Source: Narcine bancroftii (lineage: Eukaryota). From it: a DNA stretch of 64,000 bases. Shown one piece after another: positions 1 to 11,707 of this stretch; position 1 is the stretch's first letter; each line of letters starts with the position of its first letter. The notes under the pieces were generated by a model. That model was not told the origin of the DNA. It saw only the letters and a program-made list of their open reading frames with translations, and searched no databases. The position numbers were made by a program, and so were the translations under genes. The stretch is taken from contig NC_091471.1 of assembly GCF_036971445.1 (NCBI RefSeq), positions 34,410,001-34,474,000 on the forward strand. The letters are read 5' to 3'.

Positions 1-1652
1 GGAAATTTAAGAAGGCTCGAATTGAACCAGAACTTTCAATAATAAATATGAATTCAGCAAAGGTGAAAGGGTTGCTTGAATGCATTGAATATGTTCTCTC
101 GTTCACGATATCTCCCTCCCGCTCCCCCCTCCCCCAAGTGCAGGGGAACTCCTCGCATTTGTGCTTCTGCCTGGGATCATGTTATTACAGCAAACAGCTT
201 CTATAAAAGCATTCCCTGAGCTCCAAAGGCAAAAATCTGTGTCTCGTGTCTTACTGGGATCTGCGGTTCTGTCCAACCAGGCATTCCCGAGCTTTCATAA
301 GGGCCGCTCAAATGCTGCAGAATCGGAAGTGAAATGAAGCTCAAAGGGAGCAGGCAAATGGGTCTCAGCAGCAGATTGGCTGAACTGCGGGGCCAAGCAA
401 TCAGAAGCCATTTTGTTTCGGAAGCTGCGGCAGGCCGGCCGAGACGAGAGGAAACTTTGCAGCAGGTTTTATATTTGTTTATTTTGTTTCCTGATTACCC
501 TGCCAGTGGTGGCTAGGATTGGCAGGGCTAGGGCTGAGGTGAAGAGTAGTAGAACAAATAGCAGACTGCGCTAAATTCCCTCATGACCCCCATCATGTGG
601 CTGGTCAGTGCAAAGCTTGGCTGTAGAGTAAGGAAAACCCAACAGGAATGTCTGAGATGGAGACAAGATCAGCACAGAGTTCACCAGAGTAGGAGCATGA
701 AGATGACCCAGTCTCTGAAGCACAGAGCCCCTCGTACCTTCGAGGAACCTCTCCAGCATGTTTCACTGCCCACCTCTGTCCCACAGGTTTGACCCATCAA
801 AACTTCAAGAATTTTGAAGGCTCCTACTAAATCTTTCTCTCTGTTCTGAGGAAAAAAAATCTTCCAAAGTCCAGGTGATCCCAGAGTAATATAGAACCTA
901 GGACCTATGCCAACCTAATAACCTATTGTAACACAATTTCCCGACTGCATTATCCTCCTCTTTGCTAAATTCCATGTACCCATCTAATAGTCTCTAAAAC
1001 ATCCTATGATACCTGTCTCCACCACAGTGGCCGGCAGCATGTCCTAAGCATTCCCCGCCATGTGTACTGGTAATAGAAAATCACCCTTTCGGAATTCATA
1101 AGTTGTGATGCAAACTTTTGAGATACAGAATAAAATTCGCTCTTATAGAATTTCTGTGGAAGGAAAAGCAAATAAATGAACATTTTTTTTTCCAATTTAA
1201 ATTTCTTGACACCTCTGTGAATAGTGTGGCTTCACCTGAACTGAAAATCAAAATGAGGACTGTTTTCTGGAAACGCAGCCCTCCCACAATACGCATGTTT
1301 CCCTCTCCTGCAGTTGTCCTCCTCCATTAGCTCATTCTCTCTACCTCCCTCTGACTGCAAAACTAAATTCCAGTATCCTGGTTCTCCGGTTTTAAAACTA
1401 ATTAAATAAATAATGTTTTGTACAAATGAGAGATTCAGATGTTTACTGTGAGCAGTTCCTTTGATCTTTCAGCATTTTCACTGCCCATGGAAAGAACAGA
1501 AATTGCTATAAATGCATGTTGGACAGCATCAATGGAGAGGGAAACAAGGTGAACACTTTGACTTTACATCAAGACCATTAACCAGAAATGCAAGCTCTTT
1601 TTCTCCATGAACAATTACTTGAGCATTTTCTCTTTTTGCTCATTTGTTTTGA

Positions 1653-2045
1653 CAGATGTGTTGACATTGGAGAGAGTTCAAATGAGGTTCACTAGGCTGA
1701 TTCTGGGGATGAAAGGGTTATCATATGATAAGTGTGAGACAGCTCTTGGTCTGTATTTGTTGGAATTTAGGAAAATTAGGAGACTAGAAGGGCCGAATGG
1801 CCTGTTTCTGTGCTGCAATGTTTATGGTTCTATAGTTCTAATTAGTGGGGATCTCATTTAAACATTTTGAATGTTGAAAGGCATGGATGGAGTAGATGTA
1901 GAACAGCTGTTTTCCATGGTTTTTGATTAGCCAGGGCATCAAAGATTATGGGGAGAAGGCCGGGGCAGTGAGGCTGAGTGGGAAAATGGATTAGCTCATG
2001 GTGGGGCAGACTCAATGGGCTGAATAGACTATTTCTGCTCCTAGG
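1653..2045 (+). mobile_element. CR1 LINE 3' fragment with a nested 60-bp CR1 3'-tail insertion (1780-1839)
   Basis: Translates to DVLTLERVQMRFTRLILGMKGLSY, the CR1 ORF2 C-terminus. The nested tail GGCCGAATGGCCTGTTTCTGTGCTG is flanked by AATTAG at 1774-1779 and 1840-1845. Confidence 0.85.
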
Positions 2046-2071
2046 TCTTCTGGTTTTTTTGGGTTTTTTTT

Positions 2072-2304
2072 TGTTTACAGCATGGTAACAGGCCTTTTGT
2101 CCCACGAGACCGTGCCGCCCAATTTACACCCCATTGACCTACAGCCCCAGTACTCTTTTTGAACGGTGGGAGGAAACCGGAGCCCCCAGAAAAAACCCAG
2201 GCAGACACTGGTAGAAAATGTGAACTCCTTATAGACAGCGTAGGATTCGAAACCCAGTCCAGTCCCAATTGCTGGCGCTATCAAGGCGCCAACCGTGCCG
2301 CCCC
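2072..2304 (-). mobile_element. tRNA-derived V-SINE (HE1-like) with CR1-derived tail
   Basis: Minus strand starts GGGGCGGCACGGTTGG. It has a B-box-like GTTTCGAATCC, the V-domain GGCTCCGGTTTCCTCCCAC and the tail GGCCTGTTACCATGCTGTA. Confidence 0.85.
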
Positions 2305-2790
2305 TTTTGTTCTTAAGATTCAAGGCATTTGTGGCTCTGGGATTAAAACCCTCACCTCTTTAGTCAGAAGGCTGTGAGTTTAAGTCAGCCGAGAGGTTTC
2401 AACACTTCATGCTGAAGGTGCTGAGTCTTATGTTTGTGCTGTCTGTTTTCTCAGCTCATTGCACTGTAGCATTTAGAAATCAGTATGGTCAAAATAGAAC
2501 AGCAGAAACATGTCTTCATTGGCAATAAAGCAGTTTAGCATTGCTGGGAATGGAGACAAAAGACACTATCTAAATATATTTTTGTTTCATCATGTCTGTT
2601 TTTATGAACTCGAGGATCCTGTTATGCTTTTCTAACAGCTTTGTCATCCTGGTCAGTCACCCTCACAAACTGATGTACATAGGACTTCCTGCTCCTTCCC
2701 TCCACACTAAGATGTTACCAGCTAAGTTTGGTTTTCCTTTTTTGTTCTTATTTTCCCACTCCAGTATCTTTTTTCTACAGTGCCAGTTCC

Positions 2791-2879
2791 TGGGGAGGGG
2801 TGGGTGGGGGGGAGGGGTGGGTGGGGGGGAGGGGTGGGTGGGGGGGAGGGGTGGGTGGGGGGGAGGGGGTTGTGGGGGG
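2791..2879 (+). repeat. G-rich tandem repeat (GGGGAGGGGTGGGTGGGG-like), potential G-quadruplex
   Basis: About 4 imperfect copies of consecutive G-runs. Confidence 0.9.
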
Positions 2880-3514
2880 AGTTCTGTTTTGCAATTTTAA
2901 CAGCAATCTTCTGGTAAATGGATCCTCATGCCATATAACTTTTTTTTTATCACCTCTGGAATTTTTTTCAGACTATTTTAAGCCCTGTGTTTAGTTTTCG
3001 CCAACTGCTCATTTCTTTACAAAGTTCAATTCCTGTTTATCCAAAGATTAAAATCCCAACAGTTAGGGAGATTTCATTAAACCAGGGCACTGGGTTATTC
3101 TTTGATATGAAAAGAAACACAACTGTGAATCTAAATTCAAAAGAAGGCCAAAAATGCAGGAAATACTCAACAGGTTCTTTGGCAACTGTGAAAAGAAAAA
3201 GTGAACCTGTTAACTGTAAACTCTGGCACCAATTCTCGCACAAAAAAACACCTAAAATATTTAATTCCCCCTTTTAGCTGCCAATGGGGCTGCTAAGTAT
3301 TGCAGGCATTGCTCAGTTTATTCCCTGTTTTTTAAGTCGCATTAACATTGGATTTGGTCATTTTCTGTTAATTTCGACAGCATTGAAATTTAACTTTAGT
3401 CATATCAATGTGGAATTAATGTCTTCCTCTCTTGCTATCTCATTTTCTGTACTTTAGTCTCTCTGTCAGTCCATCTCTGTGTTGCTTTAAGAAAAGCAAT
3501 CCATTGGTTGTCAC

Positions 3515-3685
3515 TTTTTTGCACTGGGGTTACTGTGAATATTTATAATCTCTCTTCTGTATTTATTGACTTTTTCAATTCAATTAAGTTTACTATTACA
3601 TTTTTAAGTACCTGTTTGGCTGCAGCAAGCAAGAGTCTGGATGCATATGTACATTGTACAATGTATGTGAAAATTAACTCATTAT
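3515..3685 (+). mobile_element. Rex1/Babar LINE 3' UTR remnant
   Basis: TACCTGTTTGGCTGCAGCAAG is shared with the Rex1 tail at 26729-26800. Confidence 0.55.
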
Positions 3686-3725
3686 TATTGTATCCCTATC
3701 TGATCTGCTGTCCATGTTGTTTGCT

Positions 3726-3726
<1 letters not shown>

Positions 3727-3784
<58 letters not shown>
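3727..3784 (+). repeat. (CT)n microsatellite
   Basis: Seen directly. Confidence 0.95.
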
Positions 3785-3785
<1 letters not shown>

Positions 3786-3824
3786 GTCAAGTATCTTTCC
3801 CTCTGCCTTTCTTTCTTTCTGGTA

Positions 3825-4448
3825 TTCATTTGGAGAAGGGATAGAATATAAAAGCAGGGATGTAATGTTGAGGCTTTTGTAAGCCATTGGTCAGAGGACA
3901 TTTGGAATATTGTGAGAAGTTTTGGGCTCCATATCTAAGGAAGAGCATATTGACATTGGAAAGGGTCCACAAGGCTGATCTCCGGAGTGAAAGGGTTTTC
4001 ACGTGAGGAGCATTTGAAGGCACTGAGATTATACTCACTGGAGTTTAGAAGAATGATGGGAGGAGTGAAATCTCACTGAAACCTATTGAATACTGAAAGG
4101 ATGGGATAGAGTAGATGTGAAGATGATGCTTTCTCTGGAGGGAGAGTCTGGGACCAGAGGGCACAGCCTCAGAATGCAAAAATGTCTCTTTAGAAGAGAG
4201 ATGAGGAGGTATTACTTTACCCATAGGGTGGGTGGTAAATTTGTGGAATTCGATACCATGGATGGTTGTGGAGGCCAATATCCCATTGGGGAGCATTTAA
4301 GGCGGAGGTAGATACATTCTTAATCAGGAAGGGAATCAAGGGTTACTGGGAGAGGGCAGGAGAAGGAATTGAAAAGAATAGTAAATAAGTCATGAGGTGG
4401 GGCAGATTTGATGGGCCAAGTGGCCTAACTTTACTCCTATACCTTATG
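3825..4448 (+). mobile_element. CR1 LINE 3' fragment
   Basis: GIEYKSRDVMLRL...LVRGHLEYC...W and GESGTRGHSLR motifs, followed by a CR1 3' UTR. Confidence 0.9.
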
Positions 4449-4514
4449 GCCTTTTCTCTATCCCTATTTGTTTCTTCTTCTCCCTCCCTCTCCCTCTCTT
4501 TCCCTTTCCCTCTC

Positions 4515-4654
4515 NNNNNNNNNNNNNNNNNNNNNNNNNNNNNNNNNNNNNNNNNNNNNNNNNNNNNNNNNNNNNNNNNNNNNNNNNNNNNNNNNNNNNN
4601 NNNNNNNNNNNNNNNNNNNNNNNNNNNNNNNNNNNNNNNNNNNNNNNNNNNNNN
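4515..4654. other. N run (gap or masked low-complexity sequence)
   Basis: 140 Ns, preceded by CT-rich sequence. Confidence 0.95.
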
Positions 4655-5649
4655 CTCCATAATGTGAATTGAATGGATTAGTTATATCTTCACCAAAAGT
4701 GCAACAAATTATTTTCATAATGCAATCCAACATACTTGGATGTTTTAACTACAAAATAGCACCTCTGAGCTTCTCAGCATTTGGTGTGTGAATGGACCAC
4801 TCAAGGGCTTTGTGCTGTCTGTTTTCCACCTTCTGCTGGTTGACTCAAATCTACATGCTAATGGGAAGGGGGCAAGATTTTTTTTCCCTGTCATTGCTTG
4901 TTTGGGTTTTCTCTTAGTTTATTGTGTGATTTAAATTGTTCGTGCTTCTACAGGTTTATGATATCTGAAAGCTAAATAAATCTTAACACTCAGTCTTTAG
5001 AATGGCCCAAGCAGATTGAAAGGTAAGAGTTAATTTCCTGCCACAAATTGAAAGTAGCATGAAAACCACTTCAAACCAGTTGCACTGATATCAGGTGAAA
5101 TCTGTTGTTCCTTTATTACTGATATGGTAAAGGGATGTTTAAAAGATGGTGATGTGTGGGTCAGAAGCAGGGTGTAATTGTACATCTGTCACAGATGCTG
5201 CATGGATGCAACAATTCAGATCTTCAAAATCTTTCAATAAATTGCCTGCAGAAAGAGGAGTTTACAAACATTTGGTGGATAGCATGAAGGGAACATAACA
5301 ACATGTTGGTTTCCTTTTACTTCCTGCGTGAGCTGCTGAGTTTCTCCAGCACTTTTGTCTATTGAACAACCCTAGCATCTGCAGATTTTCTTGTTGAACA
5401 GCATGCCTTGAGGATTGGTGATAGGAGAGATGAAAGCGAAAGAATGAAAATTTGGCAGGGTGCAGGTAGTGAGGTCCTTGGCAAGGATCAGTTGCTGGGG
5501 GGGGGGGCGGGGCGGGTCGATGGGGGTGGTGTGCCTCAGCTCATCCACCCAAATGGATGGTGAATGCTTGTGGGGTTGAAGGAAGGAAGCAGTAAGGTGG
5601 AGCCATGTGACTGCAGCCAGGAATTAACAGGACTTGCCTATGGAATGGA

Positions 5650-6620
5650 GGGTGATAAATGGATGAATTATATAAAAAAGATTGAAAGAGTGCCGTGAAG
5701 ATTAACAAGGATGTTGCTGGGGCTTGAGGAACTGAGTTACAAGAAAAGGTTAAAGAGGTTAGGATTTTATTCTTTAGACCATCGGAGAATGAGGGGAGAT
5801 TTGATAGAGGTATGCTTATTATGAGATAGACAACAGACTCGCCAAGGCAAATAGCGCCTTTGGAAGACTACACAAAAGAGTCTGGAAAAACAACCAACTG
5901 AAAAACCTCACAAAGATAAGCGTATACAGAGCCGTTGTCATACCCACACTCCTGTTCGGCTCCGAATCATGGGTCCTCTACCGGCACCACCTACGGCTCC
6001 TAGAACGCTTCCACCAGCATTGTCTCCGCTCCATCCTCAACATCCATTGGAGCGCTTTCATCCCTAACGTCGAAGTACTCAAGATGGCAGAGGTCGACAG
6101 CATCGAGTCCACGCTGCTGAAGATCCAGCTGCGCTGGATGGGTCACGTCTCCAGAATTGAGGACCATCGCCTTCCCAAGATCGTGTTATATGGCGAGCTC
6201 TCCACTGGCCACCGTGACAGAGGTGCACCAAAGAAAAGGTACAAGGACTGCCTAAAGAAATCTCTTGGTGCCTGCCACATTGACCACCGCCAGTGGGCTG
6301 ATAACGGCTCAAACCGTGCATCTTGGCGCCTCACAGTTTGGCGGGCAGCAACCTCCTTTGAAGAAGACCGCAGAGCCCACCTCACTGACAAAAGGCAAAG
6401 GAGGAAAAACCCAACATCCAACCCCAACCCACCAATTTTCCCCTGCAACCGCTGCAACCGTGTCTGCCTGTCCTGCATCGGACTTGTCAGCCACAAACGA
6501 GCCTGCAGCTGACGTGGACTTTTTACCCCCTCCATAAATCTTCGTCCGCAAAGCCAAGCCAAAGAAGAAGAAGATAGAATAAGTGCAAGCAAGTTTTATC
6601 CACCGAGGTTAGGTGAGACA
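5650..6620 (+). mobile_element. CR1 fragment split by an RTE insertion
   Basis: CR1 sequence (ERVP.RLTRMLLGLEELSY) stops at 5830 and resumes at 6572 with AGATAGAATAAGTGCAAGC. Confidence 0.8.
5829..6571 (+). mobile_element. 5'-truncated RTE-clade LINE, young copy
   Basis: Uninterrupted frame DNRLAKANSAFGRL...TKISVYRAVVIPTLLFGSESW...QLRWMGHVSR...RLPKIVLYGEL with a C-terminal CxxC/HxxxC finger. It ends in a (GAA)n tail. TSD AGATAGA at 5824-5830 and 6572-6578. Confidence 0.93.
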
Positions 6621-7689
6621 AGTTATGATTTTAACATAGCCACTGCGTTCCAGAAAATTATTCCCAAAATTCCAGAACGCAGTCTGTGTAAAAGGATAGG
6701 AACGGAAATGTGTCTGAACTGAACTGCACTGCAGGTATTCCGTGACAAAGGGGTTAATGAATACTGTGTAGCAATGACATGGCAGCTCTTAATTGTAATG
6801 CTGAATGCTAAATAGATTGAGCAGCTCAATGCTGTCAAATAATTCTTAAAATATAGGCTTTAAATAAAAATTTCCTGCCTAAATGTACTGTTAATTGAAA
6901 TGCAGTTGGAGATGTTGGAGTGATTTTAAAAGTTCAGCTGTAAATTTACAGGTGTTTGAATCTAATAAGAGATGTCTAATAAAATGTCACTTCAAAATAT
7001 TTTATTGATTGTATATAATTTCAGGCAATGTATCCAAATAAGCTATACTGCACATTAGCAAAGGTGAGTTTCGCATCAGATTATTGTGACACACTTGGTC
7101 TTCTAATTGCTGGTTGGAATTCAATAGCTAAAGCAATCTTTACCCTTCTGTCCATCTCGCTCCTGTTTATTCGTTCACATAGCACCAATAAGTGCACAGC
7201 CCTCTTTACCTTTTTGAACGTAAATGTATAGTGACGCGATACAGTCAATCCCATGTATCAGGCAGCGTGATGTATAGGTTTAATTTGAAATAAGTGAGAT
7301 AGCATTCATGAAATATTTTTGCAGAAACATAGAACATAAAATCGGTTAAAACTGTTAGGGCTCTGGACAATGACTTTTGGCCATTCGTGTCCGTAGCAGT
7401 CGAGAAAGAGCTTCTGAACCTCAGCCTGAATTGCAGTACTTCATCCATTGCCCCACAGATACCAGCTCCACAAGCCCACGTCCAACTCTTTTACTGCTGA
7501 TGTTTCTCCAGGCGCTTCATATGTCTGAGCAAAGACACAGCTATTAAATTATTTGATAATGTCATCCAATGAACAGGTCCCCAACTCCGATTTTGTGAAG
7601 TGTAATTATTCCATCAATTGTATAACAATTCACATCCTAACTCATTATCCCACTGGATTATCACTAGGTGAACTAGGCATCTGCCTAGG

Positions 7690-8690
7690 GCACAGACCTC
7701 AGAGTGTTTCAGACAGGGTGGCCAGACATCTGGTGTGTTACTGGACCCAGCATCCAGGGTGAGAGCCTCGGAAATGGCTAGCATCAGTGCCCTCTTCCAC
7801 ATCCAGCTGGGCTGCCGAGATGTGCCCGAGGTCAGGCCCAATGAGCTGGTGGAGTGCTTGAAAGCTGCCGGCACCCAGCTCCACCACCACAATGACCTGC
7901 TCCTCCTGCAGTTCTGCACTGAGCTTGCCAAAGCTGCATCCGAACTACTCCCTCACCACCAGATCAGCCCTCTCCTCTTTTAGGGGCTGTACGACCATTT
8001 TCCTGACTGCACTGGAGCCACATCCACTGTCATGAATGTCAACGTCCCATCCTGTGGCTCCTCTCTTCGGGGCCACATCAATGGCAGCCTTAAGGTGCTG
8101 TCCGTGCACCTGCAGTGGATGGTTGGAGAGTAGGTCAGACTCTCCATCATTCACTTCATCTCTATGTTGGCCATGCACAATATAGCCAAGGCCATCTCCT
8201 GCCTTCTCTTCTCTCTGCTGCCCTTTGACACCAACACCCACCACATCTGACGCTCACTGGCCAGCAACACTGGCTTGGCCATGGCCATCATCTACCTGCT
8301 GCTCAATCCCTTGGATGAGCGCTTGTGCCTGGAGACTGGAGACTGGAGCCGGAGGCCGGAGCCCCACCGCGCTGCAGTGCCACTGTCTGCATGATCCTGG
8401 AGCCCCTGAGTGTTGTCTGCACCCTAAAGGAGATACTGTCCAACCGGGAGTGTGCTGCGGGTGTCAGCAGTCCCTACCCATGGCTCTTCTGTGCTCTGCT
8501 GCTGAAGCTCAGAGCCAGCATCAAGATGCAGCCCAAGGCATGCACCGTGTCGCCCTATACCCGGAGCTGCTCGGCTGCGGTACTGCGGGTGCTACTGGGC
8601 ACCAGTAGCACAGCAGCAGCAGCGTCCCACTTGCGGGAAGTGGAGCTGGTCCACCCTGATGGACCCCGAGCACCACCACAGTCAATACCC
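7690..8690 (+). pseudogene. Intronless MROH (maestro HEAT-like repeat family, MROH1-like) pseudogene fragment
   Basis: Read through stops (7981, about 8131, about 8248) and frameshifts it gives LFHIQLG..LLPHHQISPLLF*GLYDHFPDCTGATSTVMN..VRLSIIHFISMLAMHNIAKAISCLLFSLLPFDTNTHHI*RSLAS..LEPLSVVCTLKEILS..YPWLFCALLLKL..WSTLMDPEHH. This is colinear with the central MROH1 segment as I recall it (LLYLQLG..LPPDQL..SPLPLDSH..WRALA..LLPLSATCALFEV..YPQLFVVLLLR). Confidence 0.75.
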
Positions 8691-11600
8691 CCCTCCCCAC
8701 ACTCAGCCTGGTCAGCACCCTCCCATGCTCAACCCAGCCTAGGGCGCAAAATAGTCTGGCATTGGCCCGTATCAATGGAATAACAATAAGTTCCTGGTCA
8801 CGTAACTGGGGTCAATTTCAGATTAAGACTGCCAGTCTTACCTAGCCTGAGATTGAATAATTTCTACAACAATATGTAAAAAAATACTTTCTGATAGTGA
8901 ACTTTCACTTATTCTGTGGCATTTCTTTAAAATGGACAGAAATGTGTCAACGATGATGTTCCAAGTGGCTTCGACTTTGAGCAAGTGAATTCCAGGACCA
9001 CCTACAACCCAAGGAGAAATGCCACGTGTAGATCAATTCATTTCCAGATAAACCTGGTAAAAGTGAGCTGAGCTAGAAGAGCATCAAGTCACTGTGACTG
9101 ACAGGTCGACATCATACAACAAATTGAATCAAAGCCTTTAAACTTGGTGGTGGGGGGGGCGGGGTGGCATGATGTGATGGTGTGAGCGAAAGACATGGGA
9201 AAGCACCTCCGATGGGAGAATTAATTAATAACTGAACAAAAAAAAAGTTTTTGAAAAAATTTTTGTTAGTTAAAAGTTATTGTAAGTCTTGCCTGCACAG
9301 TTTTAACTATGGCTGTGAGAAAGGGAAAGCTTCCAACGACTAGAAAACTGGTTCTAAAAGAAGTCGCAAGATTTGAAAGAATTGGGCCTATCTCAATCTC
9401 GGGGCCTCGGGCTGGATTTTCTCCTCCTCCGCGAATGACAAGAGTTCAAGTGACCCTGGCACCACTTCTTTGGGGAGCCGAAGAAGATGGTACCAGCGTC
9501 CCAAAGAAGACTGCAGAACTACAAAATTTGCAAGAGCAAGCGTCCATGCGCGAACTTTCACACATGCGTGGAACGGATTGACAGGATAACCCAGCTCTCA
9601 CTAGCATCGAACTTCAAAATCTGTCCCCTTTGTACTCAGAAGCAGAGCAAGAAGCACTTTTTAATCTATCAGTGATGTTGAGCAGGAAGTTGAAGACCAA
9701 AGGAAACAACTGGAGGAGGGAGAAGAACAATATCAACAGGCTCAATTGCAGGAAGAAGCTTTGCAGGCAAAGTTACCTGAATTTAAAGGGCAAGGCATGG
9801 GCAGGCAATTGATGAATCAACTGCAAGCAATGAGTCAGAAAATAGATTTAAAAGGGTCTAGTAGGCATGATGTGAATATTCAATTTGAATATGTTAAAGG
9901 AGAAATGAAGTTGGAGTGTTGAGAAAAAAGAACTTTTGCTACATTAGAGAATGATAGTGAGAGGAATAATGTGAAGATTGTTGGATTGCCAGAAGGTTTT
10001 GAAGGTCCTAACTCTGCGATTTTTTCAAAAATGGATCGCGGAGATTTTGAAAATTTTCCAAATGGACTTGAATTGGATAGAGGGCACACAAGGAACTTAG
10101 AAAGAAACCGTTGCCGGGTCAATTACTGGACTCAGTTTTGATTAGATGTCTTCGTTACCAAGACAAGGAGACTATTTTGAGAGTAGCGGCTCAGAAAGCT
10201 CATCAATTTCAAGGTCCTTTGATAGTGGCTGATTTTTAAAAAAGTATATGTAGATCTTAGTGTGAATGTGGTGGAGAAGAAAAAAGGAATTTAATCCTGA
10301 AACATCTGTGCTTTGGAAAAAGGGACATAAATTTTCTTTTCACCACCCAGCAATCCCAGCAATACTTAAAGTGTTTTTTGGAAATAATCAGGCGAAATTC
10401 TTCGACAATAAAATGGAAGCTTTAGCTTCCATATAATAAAATGGTTCAACCAGTTGATTTATTAACAGTAGATACACCACAAATTGAAATGATGTCAATG
10501 TTAGATAAGGAGATGTTACAGCAGGAATTTACTCATCTTGCTGATAATGATCAAGTTAACAGAGACCTTGAACCAGCCACCTTTACCTGAAGATGATAAT
10601 GGCTATTTAAAAATTGTTTTTTTTTTAATTTTCTCTCTGGGGAGGCAGGAGCTTTTTCCTTCTCCTTCCCTAGCTATGTGCCACCCAGCAGCAAGAGTTG
10701 CTTTTTTTGACAGTATCTTCTCTTGATGGAGATCCCAGGTCTAATTAATGATTTTGTGATGTGGGAGGTCCAAGAGGAAAGGCAGAGGGGAGTAATTAAT
10801 TTTTTGAATTTAGTGTAGTGGCAAATAGTAAAACTTTGAATTTTTTAAGTTATAATGTTAATGGGCTTAATAATCAGACAAAAAGAAAGAGGATGTTAGC
10901 TTATTTGAAGAACATTAGAGTTGATATTTTTTTTACAGGAAACCCATCAATCTGAGAAGGAACATGAAAAATTGAAAAGAGATTAGGTTGGGCAAGTGGA
11001 AGCTTCAACTTTTAACTCTAAATTTTATTTAAGAAAACATTACCTGTGGGAAGGTTTGTATTAGCAAATTGTCAAATTTATTCTGAGAATTAGACTTTCA
11101 TGAATATTTATACACCAAATATAGATGATGAAGGTGGTTTGAGAGTATTTTAATTGCTGTTTGAATCCGGTTTCAGTTAAAATGACCAAATCAGTTATTT
11201 GAGCTAAAGCAGCAAAAGCAATTTTGAATGTAATGAAAGATCTGAATTTAAAAGATATTTGGAGGAGATTAAATCCTAAAGAAAGGGACTATTCTTTTTA
11301 TTCTCATAGACATGATTCTTAGGATAGATTTATTTTTAAGTTTGGCAGAAAAATGTTATGAATGTGGACTACAAGGCTAGAATTTTATCAGATCATTCGC
11401 CATTTTTAATTACATATTTGTTTTTGGAAAAGGAACAAATGGTTTATAGATGGTGATTAAATTCAACATTGTTAAAAAGAGCAGATTTTTGTGATTTTTA
11501 TAAGAAAGCATATTCAGGAGTTTTTAGAATTAAATTCTAATTCTGTTCTCAATAAATATATTCTGTGGGATGCATTAAAGGCATATTTGAGAGGACATAT

Positions 11601-11707
11601 AATAAGCTTTACATCAAAAATTAAGAAAGATTATACAAAAGAGGTTGATCAGTTGGGAAGAGAAATACAGGATTTGGAAAAGGTATTACAGAAAAAACCT
11701 ACAGATG

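Noticed and set aside
2592-2994. Gly-rich ORFs
   Set aside because: Translation of the G-rich simple repeat.
7245-7530. Possible coding exon upstream of the MROH-like fragment
   Set aside because: No frame gives a recognisable protein, and stops occur before any plausible donor.
8950-9075. C/D-box snoRNA-like GATGATG...CTGA, or a small exon
   Set aside because: No terminal stem, no recognisable guide sequence and no convincing acceptor or reading frame.
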